This document shows, in pieces, positions 39,911 to 49,461 of a DNA stretch of 64,000 nucleotides. The stretch's first letter is position 1. Each line of letters opens with the position of its first letter. This DNA comes from an uncultured Candidatus Saccharibacteria bacterium (GTDB lineage: Bacteria > Patescibacteriota > Doudnabacteria > UBA920). Location: contig CAZVXT010000001.1 in NCBI GenBank assembly GCA_964631145.1, forward strand, positions 319,361-383,360, given 5' to 3'. A model generated the notes under the pieces. The model searched no databases. It was not told the DNA's origin and worked only from the letters and a program-made list of their open reading frames with translations. Both the position numbers and the translations under genes were made by a program.

Positions 39911-39945
39911 ATAAAAAAGCAAGTTTTTAACTTGCTTTAAATTTA
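39911..39945. terminator. bidirectional terminator
   Basis: Stem AAAGCAAGTT/AACTTGCTTT between convergent genes. Confidence 0.55.
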
Positions 39946-40353
39946 TTTAAGCCTTTTTGCGGCTTCGCTTTCTCTAACCAATTGTTTAATTTCTCCGATT
40001 AGGTTAATTTCATCTTGATTAAAAAAACTTTCTTTATTTTCTACCTCATCAAAGATTTGAATGAGAAGTTTAAATGCTTGATTGGAGAGGTTGTTTCTCT
40101 TGGCATGATTTATATTATAAAATTTAATATATCCCTTCACATATATGATTTGCCTGTCAATTATTGTGCGTGCAGTGATGGCTTTTTTTCTCCAATTTGA
40201 TCCTTTTTGTCGAACCATATCTTGATCTGTTAGTTGCGCCTGAATTTTAGAGCTTTCTCCTTGAAGCTTAATTAGCATTATTTCTGCTTCTTCTATATTA
40301 TTTATTGGTTGTATTCCTAGATTTTTATCTGGATCTGGATATTGTATGGACAT
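39943..40353 (-). CDS. hypothetical protein
   Basis: 136 aa. GGAGG lies upstream. Confidence 0.55.
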   Translation of the reverse strand: MSIQYPDPDKNLGIQPINNIEEAEIMLIKLQGESSKIQAQLTDQDMVRQKGSNWRKKAITARTIIDRQIIYVKGYIKFYNINHAKRNNLSNQAFKLLIQIFDEVENKESFFNQDEINLIGEIKQLVRESEAAKRLK

Positions 40354-40489
40354 ATTTCCTCCGAATATATTTTTTGTTCACTCCTTTTACTACAAAGGAG
40401 TGAACTGTGTAATATATCAATAATTTTGTTCTCTGTAAAGCATAAAAAAATCGGCTAAGATATGGAGGTCTTAGCCGAAAAATCAAAAG

Positions 40490-41434
40490 TTAACTTTTTT
40501 TAGAAAAACCAGCCGCTTGTAAAGCAGCACCTAAACCGTTAATCGCTGGTCCGGTATATGCTTTGCCATTCAGGGTTTTCCTTTTTCTCGCTACCGAGGC
40601 AGGCTTGCCTGGAGAAGGAAGTGGAACCGACGTAGTGGAAATTTTCTGCTCTACCTTCAAAACTGATTTTGGTTTCGGCTTTGTAGTCTTTGCAGTTTCA
40701 GTTTTTTTGGTTTGGTTACCTTTCAACTTATCAAGTTGTTGTTTGGAGCCTAATGTTTTTACCTTTGTTTTGTTTTCAACTTGTGGTTGAAACAAATAAT
40801 CAAAGGCATTAGTTGCAACGTAGCCGAATCTGTCTAACATAACTTCCTCAAACCATTTAATGGTTTTGGTTGTTGGATTGTTCGACAATATGCGTGTGAC
40901 AAAAATTTCTTCCGGGTCGTCTTCATTCGGTTTTTTATAACAAATGAAGATTTCGGCACCGGAGAACATAGTTACTTTTCTATCCTCATCCAATTTTACA
41001 GGATTTGGAATATATCTATTGTGCGGTGGAATCTTAAAGATTTCGCCTTTTTCACAACTGAATGGTGTAAATTCCTTTAATTTGTTTTGGGGAATTGTCG
41101 TTTCGCCGATGATTTCTAACAATTTATTGTCAGAAACAATTGCCGGAAAAGCAACGATTTTGGTCCGAAGTTCAGACATAAAGACATCCAGACGAACATG
41201 ATCGCCGCGTCTGCCGTTTTGCGGCAAGTTTACAACCTTGACTGTTTCGCCAAAAGTTATTTCAACTTGTCTTTGACCGGGAACTTTGTTAAATTTCAGT
41301 TCCGGCATTTGCGGGTCATTGTTTGGGCGGATCGAGGTTTGCTTGAGACCCATTAAAGTAATGATTAATTCGTCGGTTAATACGAAGCTAGCGTCTGCTT
41401 TTTTGTAAAAACTATTCGGTTTATTGGTATTCAT
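40490..41434 (-). CDS. hypothetical protein with a Lys/Thr-rich disordered C-terminus
   Basis: 314-aa ORF. Confidence 0.55.
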   Translation of the reverse strand: MNTNKPNSFYKKADASFVLTDELIITLMGLKQTSIRPNNDPQMPELKFNKVPGQRQVEITFGETVKVVNLPQNGRRGDHVRLDVFMSELRTKIVAFPAIVSDNKLLEIIGETTIPQNKLKEFTPFSCEKGEIFKIPPHNRYIPNPVKLDEDRKVTMFSGAEIFICYKKPNEDDPEEIFVTRILSNNPTTKTIKWFEEVMLDRFGYVATNAFDYLFQPQVENKTKVKTLGSKQQLDKLKGNQTKKTETAKTTKPKPKSVLKVEQKISTTSVPLPSPGKPASVARKRKTLNGKAYTGPAINGLGAALQAAGFSKKS

Positions 41435-41867
41435 ATTTTTGTTTTTGCCAAAACTATTTGCCTTGGCTATTCTCCTTCATTTTTTATATATTATTTAGAT
41501 CCGCCATGGCGGTTTGGCAAAATTTCTCCTGCCAGCAAAAACGCTAATTTGCTGTTAGCAGCTTCACAGGCAGGGGAATATAGCTAATAAAGAATAAAGT
41601 CAAAATATGAATTTAGTTAACTTTTGATTTGTAAAAGAACTTATTAAGCTAAATTAGGTTCAAATATATAACTTAAGCATAATCATAGCTTAACAAAATA
41701 GTATATCATAATTTGATAATTTTGTCAATACTTGCAATTATATGAGTATTTGTTATTATTAATTCAAATTCATTAGAAGCCCCGCGCAAGCGAAGAATTA
41801 CCGACATTTGCTCGAATATATGGGAATTACACCTTAAGGCTTCAAGGTAGTACCTTATATCGAAACT

Positions 41868-41900
41868 AAAGACCTGACTCTTTAGTCAGTTTTATTTTTT
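41868..41900 (+). terminator. intrinsic terminator inside the long region upstream of rpsL
   Basis: Stem CTGACT-TTT-AGTCAG followed by TTTTATTTTTT. Confidence 0.5.
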
Positions 41901-41981
41901 ATTAATAACGACGTCGGCGTTAAATTAAAGAAGATTTTTAAGGTTTACTTTAAAAAGCTTTTAAATCAGAAAGGCTTAATT

Positions 41982-42401
41982 GTGCCAACAATTAATCAAT
42001 TAGTGCGAAAGCCTAGAAAGCCGTTGATTGCTAAAAGCAAATCACCAGCCATGCTTCGCAGGGTCAATTTGATCAAAAATAAAGCCCTCAACATCCCAGG
42101 TTCTCCATTTGTTCGTGGTGTATGTTTGAAGGTTTATACAACTACTCCAAAAAAGCCAAACTCGGCTTTACGTAAAGTAGCTAAAGTAAAGTTAACCAAT
42201 GGTATGGAAGTATTAGCTTATATTCCAGGTATTGGTCACAACTTGCAAGAACACAGTGTGGTACTTATCCGTGGTGGACGTGTAAAAGATTTGCCAGGTG
42301 TACGTTATCACATAGTTAGAGGTAAACTAGATACCTTGGGCGTTGCGGATCGAAAGCGCTCTAGAAGTAAGTATGGCGCAAAACGCCCTAGTCAAGCGTA
42401 A
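41982..42401 (+). CDS. rpsL: 30S ribosomal protein S12 (GTG start)
   Basis: [11 protein letters not shown]... with [10 protein letters not shown] and the rest of the S12 signature. The GTG at 41982 follows GAAAGG. Confidence 0.95.
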   Translation: MPTINQLVRKPRKPLIAKSKSPAMLRRVNLIKNKALNIPGSPFVRGVCLKVYTTTPKKPNSALRKVAKVKLTNGMEVLAYIPGIGHNLQEHSVVLIRGGRVKDLPGVRYHIVRGKLDTLGVADRKRSRSKYGAKRPSQA

Positions 42402-42586
42402 TTTAATTTTTTGAAAATTTCTTTGTCAGAATCTCCGCTACTCATTCGTCGTACCTTTTCAGTACGACTCATTCGCTGCTCGATTCTTTCGCGAACTTTT
42501 CTAAAAAATTTAATTACCTTAGATACGAATATTTTTCCAATCTAGTTTTTAAATAAAACTATTTTGAATTCAGAAAGGAAACTCTC
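42402..42586 (+). repeat. structured spacer element (copy D) related to the S10-operon hairpin repeats
   Basis: It shares the TTTTTGA...CTTTGT left tail and the ...GGAAACTC right tail with those copies. The core hairpin is AGAATC...GTCGTAC-CTTTTCA-GTACGAC...GATTCT with an internal ACTCATTCG direct repeat. It fills an unusually long S12-S7 spacer. Confidence 0.5.
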
Positions 42587-43090
42587 ATGCCACGTAGAGC
42601 AAGAAGTTTTGAAAAACGCGTACCAAATCCAGATCCAAAATTTGGAAATGTAAAGTATGCAAAATTTGTAAATTATTTAATGGAACGCGGTAAGAAAACT
42701 GTCGCACAAACCATCTTTTATTCTGCCTTAGATATAGTTTCAGAAAAAATGAAAGATGCAGAAATTAGCGATAGTCGCCAAGTTTTTGATATTGCATTAA
42801 AAAATGCTTCTCCATTGATGGAAATCAAAGGACGTCGTATTGGTGGAAGCAACTATCAAGTTCCTATGGAAGTTGTAGAACCACGTCGCAGTAGTCTTGG
42901 GATGAAGTGGTTAATTGCAGCAGCGAGAGCTCGCAAAGGTGCGCCTATGGCAACCAAGTTGGCTCAAGAAATTGTTGATGCGTTTAATAAAATTGGAAAT
43001 GCTGTAAAGAAGCGCGATGATACTCATCGTATGGCTGAAGCAAACAAAGCATTCGCTCACTTTGCAAGATTTACTAGCAAGAGAAAATAA
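42587..43090 (+). CDS. rpsG: 30S ribosomal protein S7
   Basis: MPRRARSFEKR... with the S7 signature. Confidence 0.95.
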   Translation: MPRRARSFEKRVPNPDPKFGNVKYAKFVNYLMERGKKTVAQTIFYSALDIVSEKMKDAEISDSRQVFDIALKNASPLMEIKGRRIGGSNYQVPMEVVEPRRSSLGMKWLIAAARARKGAPMATKLAQEIVDAFNKIGNAVKKRDDTHRMAEANKAFAHFARFTSKRK

Positions 43091-43121
43091 ATTTGAACTT
43101 TTAAAATTTGGGAAAATAAAT

Positions 43122-43151
43122 AGAGTTACTAAGTTTTTTCTTAGTAACTCT
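43122..43151 (-). terminator. terminator hairpin for the antisense small-gene pair
   Basis: Perfect 12-bp stem AGAGTTACTAAG/CTTAGTAACTCT with a U6 loop. A U-rich tract follows on the minus strand. Confidence 0.5.
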
Positions 43152-43158
43152 CGTATGG

Positions 43159-43368
43159 TTAAGGTTTAATTAGTCCTATGGAAACTATTACAACCTTGAG
43201 TTTATTATTTTTACTTTTTATCTTGAAATCGTTAATAACTTTTTCAGATACCGCATTTATTTTTTCTGTTGTATCCAGATAATCAGTGGTTTCCATAATA
43301 ACTCCTTGCAAATCAAACTGCATTTTAAAAAAAGAATAAGCCAAGACTGTAAATAAGTAGATTTTCAT
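43159..43368 (-). CDS. hypothetical small protein with a hydrophobic N-terminus
   Basis: 69 aa. GGAGGG lies upstream. It overlaps the upstream gene by ATGA. Confidence 0.5.
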   Translation of the reverse strand: MKIYLFTVLAYSFFKMQFDLQGVIMETTDYLDTTEKINAVSEKVINDFKIKSKNNKLKVVIVSIGLIKP

Positions 43369-43607
43369 TTTTTCCCTCCAGTATTTTTCTTAAACTCTGT
43401 ATAGCCCCAAGCAATTAATCCTAATAATATAGCTAGCCCTAATCCTCTTTTGGAAAAGATAAAACTATAAAACCAAGCATCAATTGCATCGCCAACCGTA
43501 TGGGTGGACGTTGTTTCCATTATTTGTTGTAGCCCGCTGTAAAGCAGAACATAAAACACTAGAACCATAAGAAGTCCTACAAACAGATTGAATATAAAAT
43601 TATTCAT
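43365..43607 (-). CDS. hypothetical two-TM small membrane protein
   Basis: 80 aa. GGAGGAAA lies upstream. It is antisense within the rpsG-fusA spacer. Confidence 0.55.
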   Translation of the reverse strand: MNNFIFNLFVGLLMVLVFYVLLYSGLQQIMETTSTHTVGDAIDAWFYSFIFSKRGLGLAILLGLIAWGYTEFKKNTGGKK

Positions 43608-43679
43608 AAATTTCCTCCAAGTTTTAAATTTATCATATTATATCATAAAAAATTAAAAAGTCAAGTATAATTAAATTAT

Positions 43680-45803
43680 ATGCCACGAGAATATCCAATA
43701 GACGTAACCCGTAATATCGGGATTATTGCTCACATTGATGCCGGCAAAACTACAACTACCGAAGGTATTTTGTACAACACTGGTATGATTCACAAAATTG
43801 GTGCAGTGCACGAAGGTGAAACTGTTACCGACTGGATGGAACAAGAACGCGAACGCGGAATTACAATTACTTCTGCTGCTGTAACTTGTTACTGGAAGCC
43901 TCAATATATAAAAATTGAAGGCGATAAACAGTATAAAATTAATATTATTGATACCCCTGGTCACGTAGACTTTACTGTAGAAGTAGAACGTAGTTTGCGC
44001 GTCCTTGATGGTGCAATCACAGTTTTTGACGGAAAAATGGGTGTAGAGCCTCAGTCCGAAACAGTGTGGCGTCAAGCTGATAAATACGGTGTGCCTCGCA
44101 TGTGTTTTATCAACAAGATTAACCAAACAGGTGGAGATTTTTATAAGTCTCTAGATTCTATTCATACTCGTTTAACTAAAAATGCATTTCCTGTACAGCT
44201 TCCAATTGGTTTTGAAAAAGATGTTATTGGCGTAGTAGATTTGGTTACAATGAAGTCTTACACTTATAACGACTTTACAGATAAAGAATTTACAATCGGT
44301 GATGTGCCTGCAGATATGGTTGAGAAAGCAAATAAGTATCGCCAAGAATTGATCGAAAAAGTTGTTGAGTTTGACGAAGCTATGATGGAAAAATATTTAG
44401 GTGGTGAAGCGTTAAGCGAAACAGAATTGTTAGAACTTATTCGTAAAGCTACCCGTAGCGGTGAATTTTATCCAGTATTTGGTGGTGATGGTCGCGGTAT
44501 TATTGTTCGTACTTTACTTGATGCAGTTACTAACTTTTTACCTTCTCCAACAGATAAAGGACCTGTTAAAGGACATAATCCAAAAACAGGTGAAGAATTA
44601 CTTCGCAATCCTGATGATAACGAGCCGTTTACTGCTCTTGCATTCAAGATCGCGACCGATCCTTTTGTAGGTCGTCTTGCTTTTTTCCGTGTTTACTCTG
44701 GAACTCTTCAAGCAGGAAGCTATGTACTTAATGCTAGAACAGGTAACAAAGAACGCGTGGGACGTATTGTACGTATGCGTGCAGATCAACGCGACGAAGT
44801 AAAAGAAGTTTTTGCTGGTGATATTTGTGCGTTAGTTGGTCCAAAAGACACCATTACTGCTGATACTCTTTGTTCAGAAACTTCACCATTAGAATTAGAA
44901 AAAATTAAATTCGCAGAACCAGTTATTAGTATGGCTATCGAGCCAAAGACTAAAGCTGATCAAGAAAAACTTGGTATTGCTCTTCAAAAACTTGCTGAAG
45001 AAGATCCAACCTTTAAGGTTACTTCAGATCATGAAACTGGCGAAACTATTATAGCTGGTATGGGTGAACTTCACTTAGAAATTTTGGTAGACCGCATGAA
45101 GCGCGAATTTAAAGTAGAAGCAAACGTAGGTAAGCCACAAGTTGCTTACAAAGAAACCTTTAAGAAAATTGCTAAAGCAGAACACAAGTTTATCCGCCAA
45201 TCTGGTGGTCGTGGACAATACGGTCACGTTTATCTTCGTGTTGAACCTCTTGAGCAAGGAAAGGGTTATGAATTCTTGGATGAAATTGTTGGTGGTGTTA
45301 TTCCAAAAGAATATATTAAACCAATTGATAAAGGTATTCAGGAATCAGCTGCAAATGGTGTAATCGCTGGTTACCCGCTTGTAGACTTTAGAGCTGCTGT
45401 GTATGATGGTAGTTATCACGAAGTTGACTCTTCTGAAATGGCTTTCAAAATTGCTGCATCTAAAGCTTTGCAGGATGCTGTAAAAGCAGGTGATCCAATC
45501 TTGCTAGAGCCTGTGATGAAAGTTGTTGTTACTACACCTGAAGCAAACATGGGTGATGTAATTGGTGATTTAAACAGTAAGCGCGCTAAAGTCCAAGATA
45601 TGGAAGATATTACTGGACGTAAAGTAGTTACTGCTTTTGTACCACTTGCAGAAATGTTTGGTTACGCAACACAATTGCGTAGCATGACCCAAGGTCAGGC
45701 AAGTAGTATTATGGAATTTGATCATTATGAAGAAGTTCCAAAAAATGTTGCTGCTGGTATCATTGAAGCACGTGCTGGTATTAACGCCCGCAAAGGACAA
45801 TAG
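43680..45803 (+). CDS. fusA: elongation factor G
   Basis: G domain [17 protein letters not shown] and NKIN, plus the EF-G domains II-V. Confidence 0.95.
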   Translation: MPREYPIDVTRNIGIIAHIDAGKTTTTEGILYNTGMIHKIGAVHEGETVTDWMEQERERGITITSAAVTCYWKPQYIKIEGDKQYKINIIDTPGHVDFTVEVERSLRVLDGAITVFDGKMGVEPQSETVWRQADKYGVPRMCFINKINQTGGDFYKSLDSIHTRLTKNAFPVQLPIGFEKDVIGVVDLVTMKSYTYNDFTDKEFTIGDVPADMVEKANKYRQELIEKVVEFDEAMMEKYLGGEALSETELLELIRKATRSGEFYPVFGGDGRGIIVRTLLDAVTNFLPSPTDKGPVKGHNPKTGEELLRNPDDNEPFTALAFKIATDPFVGRLAFFRVYSGTLQAGSYVLNARTGNKERVGRIVRMRADQRDEVKEVFAGDICALVGPKDTITADTLCSETSPLELEKIKFAEPVISMAIEPKTKADQEKLGIALQKLAEEDPTFKVTSDHETGETIIAGMGELHLEILVDRMKREFKVEANVGKPQVAYKETFKKIAKAEHKFIRQSGGRGQYGHVYLRVEPLEQGKGYEFLDEIVGGVIPKEYIKPIDKGIQESAANGVIAGYPLVDFRAAVYDGSYHEVDSSEMAFKIAASKALQDAVKAGDPILLEPVMKVVVTTPEANMGDVIGDLNSKRAKVQDMEDITGRKVVTAFVPLAEMFGYATQLRSMTQGQASSIMEFDHYEEVPKNVAAGIIEARAGINARKGQ

Positions 45804-45812
45804 AAATTTAGA

Positions 45813-45841
45813 AAACCACTCCGTAATAGGGTGGTTTTTTT
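45813..45841 (+). terminator. intrinsic terminator after fusA
   Basis: Stem ACCACTCC...GGGTGGT followed by T7. Confidence 0.6.
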
Positions 45842-45913
45842 ACTTGAATGAAGAGATTGACATTTTGTTGAATTAAATTATAATACACAAGCTAAATAGC
45901 AAAGGGGGATTTT

Positions 45914-46609
45914 ATGGAAATATATTCTAAAGGGTTAGAAATTGAACAATGCGTTGTTTATTTAGAGTCTAAAAAAATTAGAGTTAATCCTGAATTAAAA
46001 GAAGATGCCAGTTTTATTAAAAATAGTTTAACTCGAAAAGTAGTTATAAATATAATTATTGGGTTGCTTATTACTGGGATCGCAGGATATTGGAATCAAT
46101 ATTCAATACCTTATTTTTTAGTTGTGTGGTTAACGCAAGTCATTTTTACATCAATTATTTTTCAACCGATTGTCGAAAAAAAACTTAAAAAATATAGGAT
46201 AGTTGAAATGTATGAAGTTTTATCCTTACCGCTCATGAATGCTATTTTAGAGCATAATAAAAGGTTGAATAATTTGATTGATTCTATAAACTTAAGTTTA
46301 ACTTTTGATCAAACTCAAGATATGTCTGCTACTAAACAATTAATTAATCAAATCAATCAAGGTAGAGAAGTTATAGATAAAAATTTTGATAAACTATCTA
46401 GAATTAACGAAAGATATTCTTCTATTAGAAATTTAGATAAAAATACTATCGTCGATACTATGTTTGAGCTACCATTGTTAGTGGTTAATAATGAGGTTTA
46501 TTCTCATGAAGATAACGAGCTTAATTTATTAGTGGAAACTATTAATCAAGAAGTTGATCTTGTAGTAAAAAATGAAATATCTGCTCCTAAGCAGTTAAAA
46601 AGTCTTTAG
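45914..46609 (+). CDS. hypothetical membrane protein (two TM segments plus a coiled-coil region)
   Basis: GGGGGA lies upstream. Confidence 0.55.
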   Translation: MEIYSKGLEIEQCVVYLESKKIRVNPELKEDASFIKNSLTRKVVINIIIGLLITGIAGYWNQYSIPYFLVVWLTQVIFTSIIFQPIVEKKLKKYRIVEMYEVLSLPLMNAILEHNKRLNNLIDSINLSLTFDQTQDMSATKQLINQINQGREVIDKNFDKLSRINERYSSIRNLDKNTIVDTMFELPLLVVNNEVYSHEDNELNLLVETINQEVDLVVKNEISAPKQLKSL

Positions 46610-46717
46610 AAATAAAAAATGGACTAACAGAAATGTTGGTCTTTTATTATACTAGACAAACTTCTTATTTTTATATATAATGTTTTATCAGTTTAGCTGA
46701 TAAAAAGGAGGACTTTT

Positions 46718-47266
46718 ATGTCAAAAGATACCGAGTTAGAAGATGTAAAAAAAGAATGGGACGCGGCTGGTTTCTTGATAAAAACAGTAGTAGTCTTAGT
46801 AGTCTTAGTAGTTTTAGTTGTTTTATCTCTAGTAGGATTATTATTATTTCGCATAACTTGTGTTACCTTCGTGGAAAACTATGAGCTTGGCTATATGTAT
46901 GATTCTACTAATGGTGAAACCAGGTTACTAAACCGCACCGGTTATATAACGCATTATCCATTGGTTAACTCAGTTCATACAATTGACTTGCGTCCGATGC
47001 AAGTATGTATGAATGCAAATGCCAGAGTTTTAAATTGTAAATTAGTTCGATTTAATCCTGCCGGCTTTGAAGATTTTATTGCTCGTCATGGTAGAAATAA
47101 TTATGATGGCGGCAATTGTTCTACCGGAGGTAGTTCATCTAGTGGAAGCTGCGGTAATTTAAATGAAATACTAAGAAGTTATGCTTTTGAGGCAAATCCT
47201 CAATATTCGTTTTTTACTTTTGAAAACCCTAGTGGTGCTGATGTAAAAGCAAATGGTGGAAAATGA
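46718..47266 (+). CDS. hypothetical membrane-anchored protein, paralog 1
   Basis: AAGGAGG lies upstream. It has an N-terminal TM anchor and shares a Cys-containing domain of about 110 aa with the next gene. Confidence 0.6.
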   Translation: MSKDTELEDVKKEWDAAGFLIKTVVVLVVLVVLVVLSLVGLLLFRITCVTFVENYELGYMYDSTNGETRLLNRTGYITHYPLVNSVHTIDLRPMQVCMNANARVLNCKLVRFNPAGFEDFIARHGRNNYDGGNCSTGGSSSSGSCGNLNEILRSYAFEANPQYSFFTFENPSGADVKANGGK

Positions 47267-47712
47267 AAAGAAATAAAATATTAAAATATGTCGCATATAC
47301 TTTTTTAGTGATTTTAATTTTAACATTTGCTTATAAGCTTTTCTTTCACCATCAAGATGTTTACGAAGTAGGTTTGGCAAGAAATTTATTTACCGGCGAA
47401 ACATACTTACTTGATAAGCCAGGTTTTTACAGAAACTATCCTTGGGTCTGGGTTGCAATTGCAGAAACTAGACCAACTAGGGTTTGTGTTACAAGCACTG
47501 CAAGGTCTTATAATTGCAAGTTGGCACAATTTAAACCTGAACATTATCAAGAATTTTTGGAAACTGAAGGGTGGAGGTTTTATTGGCTATCTAATAGAAT
47601 TTCAATTAACTTTGGATATGATGATGAATATAGAGGTTTCAAAGATATTCTAAGAGGATATGCTTTTGGTAATAAAAAGTATAATTTTATAGAGGTGTCT
47701 GACTCTCCATAA
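47263..47712 (+). CDS. hypothetical membrane-anchored protein, paralog 2
   Basis: Alignable with 46718..47266 over YE.G...GET.LL...YP.V...P..VC....R..NCKL..F.P...F...ILR.YAF. It overlaps that gene's stop. Confidence 0.6.
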   Translation: MKRNKILKYVAYTFLVILILTFAYKLFFHHQDVYEVGLARNLFTGETYLLDKPGFYRNYPWVWVAIAETRPTRVCVTSTARSYNCKLAQFKPEHYQEFLETEGWRFYWLSNRISINFGYDDEYRGFKDILRGYAFGNKKYNFIEVSDSP

Positions 47713-47745
47713 AAAATAGCGTGCTAATAATTAGCACGCTTTTAT
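47711..47745. terminator. bidirectional terminator
   Basis: 11-bp palindrome AGCGTGCTAAT-A-ATTAGCACGCT. Confidence 0.6.
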
Positions 47746-48225
47746 TTAATAATTTTTTTGTGGGGGGAGAACTATATCTCCGATTTTTATTATCCCACTT
47801 GTTAATACGTGGGCGGTTAAGCCTCCACAGTCAAAAAATTCTTCAGCAAAATTTACTGGTTTGTTTGATAGCTTACTTGGTCTGGTGCAAGGTTCGCAGT
47901 ATTTGTATCCAAAAAATTTAACATCACCGATAGTAAATTCTTTGTTAATACAACGCATTAATTCTATTCCTTCTATCAATAAATTTCTTCTTGTTTCGTA
48001 AAACCAGAAAGTTTTATTTTTAAAGAAGTGTGCGTTCATTAAGGTTACTTGCCCGTTCCAGGTGCCTGTTTTTTTAGCATTAAGCTTGTTAAAACTACCA
48101 ATCCCTGCTGCATAGCGATCCCCTTGAAGTCCTTTACCTTCCATGCAATAAACTTCCAGTAATGCTTGCATTGGCGCTCCTGCTTTAGGAGCGATGCAAA
48201 TTTGCTTTAACGTTCCTTTAATCAT
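47746..48225 (-). CDS. MOSC domain-containing protein
   Basis: GDRYAAG, QVTLMN, NLLIEGIEL and the Cys-containing C-terminal block (CEPCTRP). Confidence 0.6.
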   Translation of the reverse strand: MIKGTLKQICIAPKAGAPMQALLEVYCMEGKGLQGDRYAAGIGSFNKLNAKKTGTWNGQVTLMNAHFFKNKTFWFYETRRNLLIEGIELMRCINKEFTIGDVKFFGYKYCEPCTRPSKLSNKPVNFAEEFFDCGGLTAHVLTSGIIKIGDIVLPPQKNY

Positions 48226-48553
48226 TATGATCCTCCAAAGTATTGTTATCAGCTTCGGGTTTTTCTAAGACAATAAAGCAGTGTGGGCAATTTTGGATTT
48301 CGTAAACTTTTTTATTGCTTGTTCGAATAGTGATAAATAACCATTTGCTTTTGTAATATATGACCTCTCCAGCAAAAAGTTGCTTATCCGATTCTCCATA
48401 CCAAATGCTAATATTATCATGACTTCTTGCTTTAAAAACTGTGCATTCATGAGTTATAAAATTATTTTCAGAATCTTTTATAATATCCGACGCATCTATA
48501 TCATCTAGCAATTTCATACGAACGTTTTGCATATTTCTATTCTCCTTTTTCAA
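48218..48553 (-). CDS. hypothetical protein
   Basis: 111-aa ORF. Confidence 0.5.
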   Translation of the reverse strand: MKKENRNMQNVRMKLLDDIDASDIIKDSENNFITHECTVFKARSHDNISIWYGESDKQLFAGEVIYYKSKWLFITIRTSNKKVYEIQNCPHCFIVLEKPEADNNTLEDHND

Positions 48554-48562
48554 GATTTATAT

Positions 48563-48919
48563 TTAAACTCGTTGTGTTTCTTTGGATAATACTTTAGTTT
48601 TTACTTTTGTATAAATCCACACATCAGCTTCAAAATCCATTTCATATACTCTATAGCTGTTTTTATCGCTTTGTAATTTCCATTTTGAATTTTCAAAATT
48701 ATGTTTCTTCCACCAGGGTAAACAATTTTCACCATTAACAATTTTATTTAATTGTTTTCTGGCAAAATATTTTGTTGGATATGGACCATGTGTTTTGGAT
48801 GCTATCGGTTTTTTTGTCTCAGCGCCTTTGCATGGTTCATCTAATAAGACATCTACATATTCTTCACGAACGTAATATTCGGTAGTAACTAGAGCTACTG
48901 TGGTAACAATTTTCTGCAT
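48563..48919 (-). CDS. hypothetical protein
   Basis: 118-aa ORF. GGAGG lies upstream. Confidence 0.5.
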   Translation of the reverse strand: MQKIVTTVALVTTEYYVREEYVDVLLDEPCKGAETKKPIASKTHGPYPTKYFARKQLNKIVNGENCLPWWKKHNFENSKWKLQSDKNSYRVYEMDFEADVWIYTKVKTKVLSKETQRV

Positions 48920-49043
48920 AAAACCTCCTTTTTGAATAACTTAATTTATCATCTTTAGCAGCATTAGTCAACGCGGTGTTTACCATGTTTTAAAAAATAT
49001 TTATTATTTAAATAATAAAAAACCAGCTAAATGCTGGTATATT

Positions 49044-49379
49044 TTAGTATAAACTAGAGTTTGGAGAGAAAGGCAGAAAATTAGATTTACCATCCATAAC
49101 ATAAGTAGTTTTAACAATCTCTTTTATATTAATAGATGTTTTAATAATTACGGTATCACCGTCTTGGCTTTGTGATAACATGGTTCCGTTTTTAATTCCG
49201 ATAGTAACAGTAACAGTGTTGTCTGTTCTAGAGACTTCATCTATTTTATAGCAATCAATAGGTTTGTCTTGATCTTTTAAATATATTTTACAAACGATTT
49301 CATGGTTACCTTGCTTGTTGGTTTTGTTTATATCTACAGTTGGTGTATTTGTTTGAATTTCTTCTAGTATATTTAACAT
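49044..49379 (-). CDS. hypothetical protein
   Basis: Start at MLNILEE (complement of 49377-49379) after GGAGGATAAT. Confidence 0.5.
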   Translation of the reverse strand: MLNILEEIQTNTPTVDINKTNKQGNHEIVCKIYLKDQDKPIDCYKIDEVSRTDNTVTVTIGIKNGTMLSQSQDGDTVIIKTSINIKEIVKTTYVMDGKSNFLPFSPNSSLY

Positions 49380-49461
49380 ATTATCCTCCTTTAGAAGATA
49401 TAAATTATCATGTATTTGGGTGTTTGTCAAGTGTGACTTTTTTATATTAATTGGTTAATAT

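Noticed and set aside
40374-40408. 12-bp hairpin GTTCACTCCTTT...AAAGGAGTGAAC between two minus-strand genes as a terminator
   Set aside because: The T or A tracts are on the wrong side for either strand. It is more likely an mRNA stability or processing hairpin, and is not called as a terminator.
41960-41990. CAGAAAGGCUUAAUUG resembling the RNase P RNA CR-V motif (ACAGAA.CCGGCUUA)
   Set aside because: It coincides with the rpsL Shine-Dalgarno and GTG start. No other RNase P conserved regions (GGAAAGUCCGG, AGGGUGAAA) are nearby, so the match is judged coincidental.
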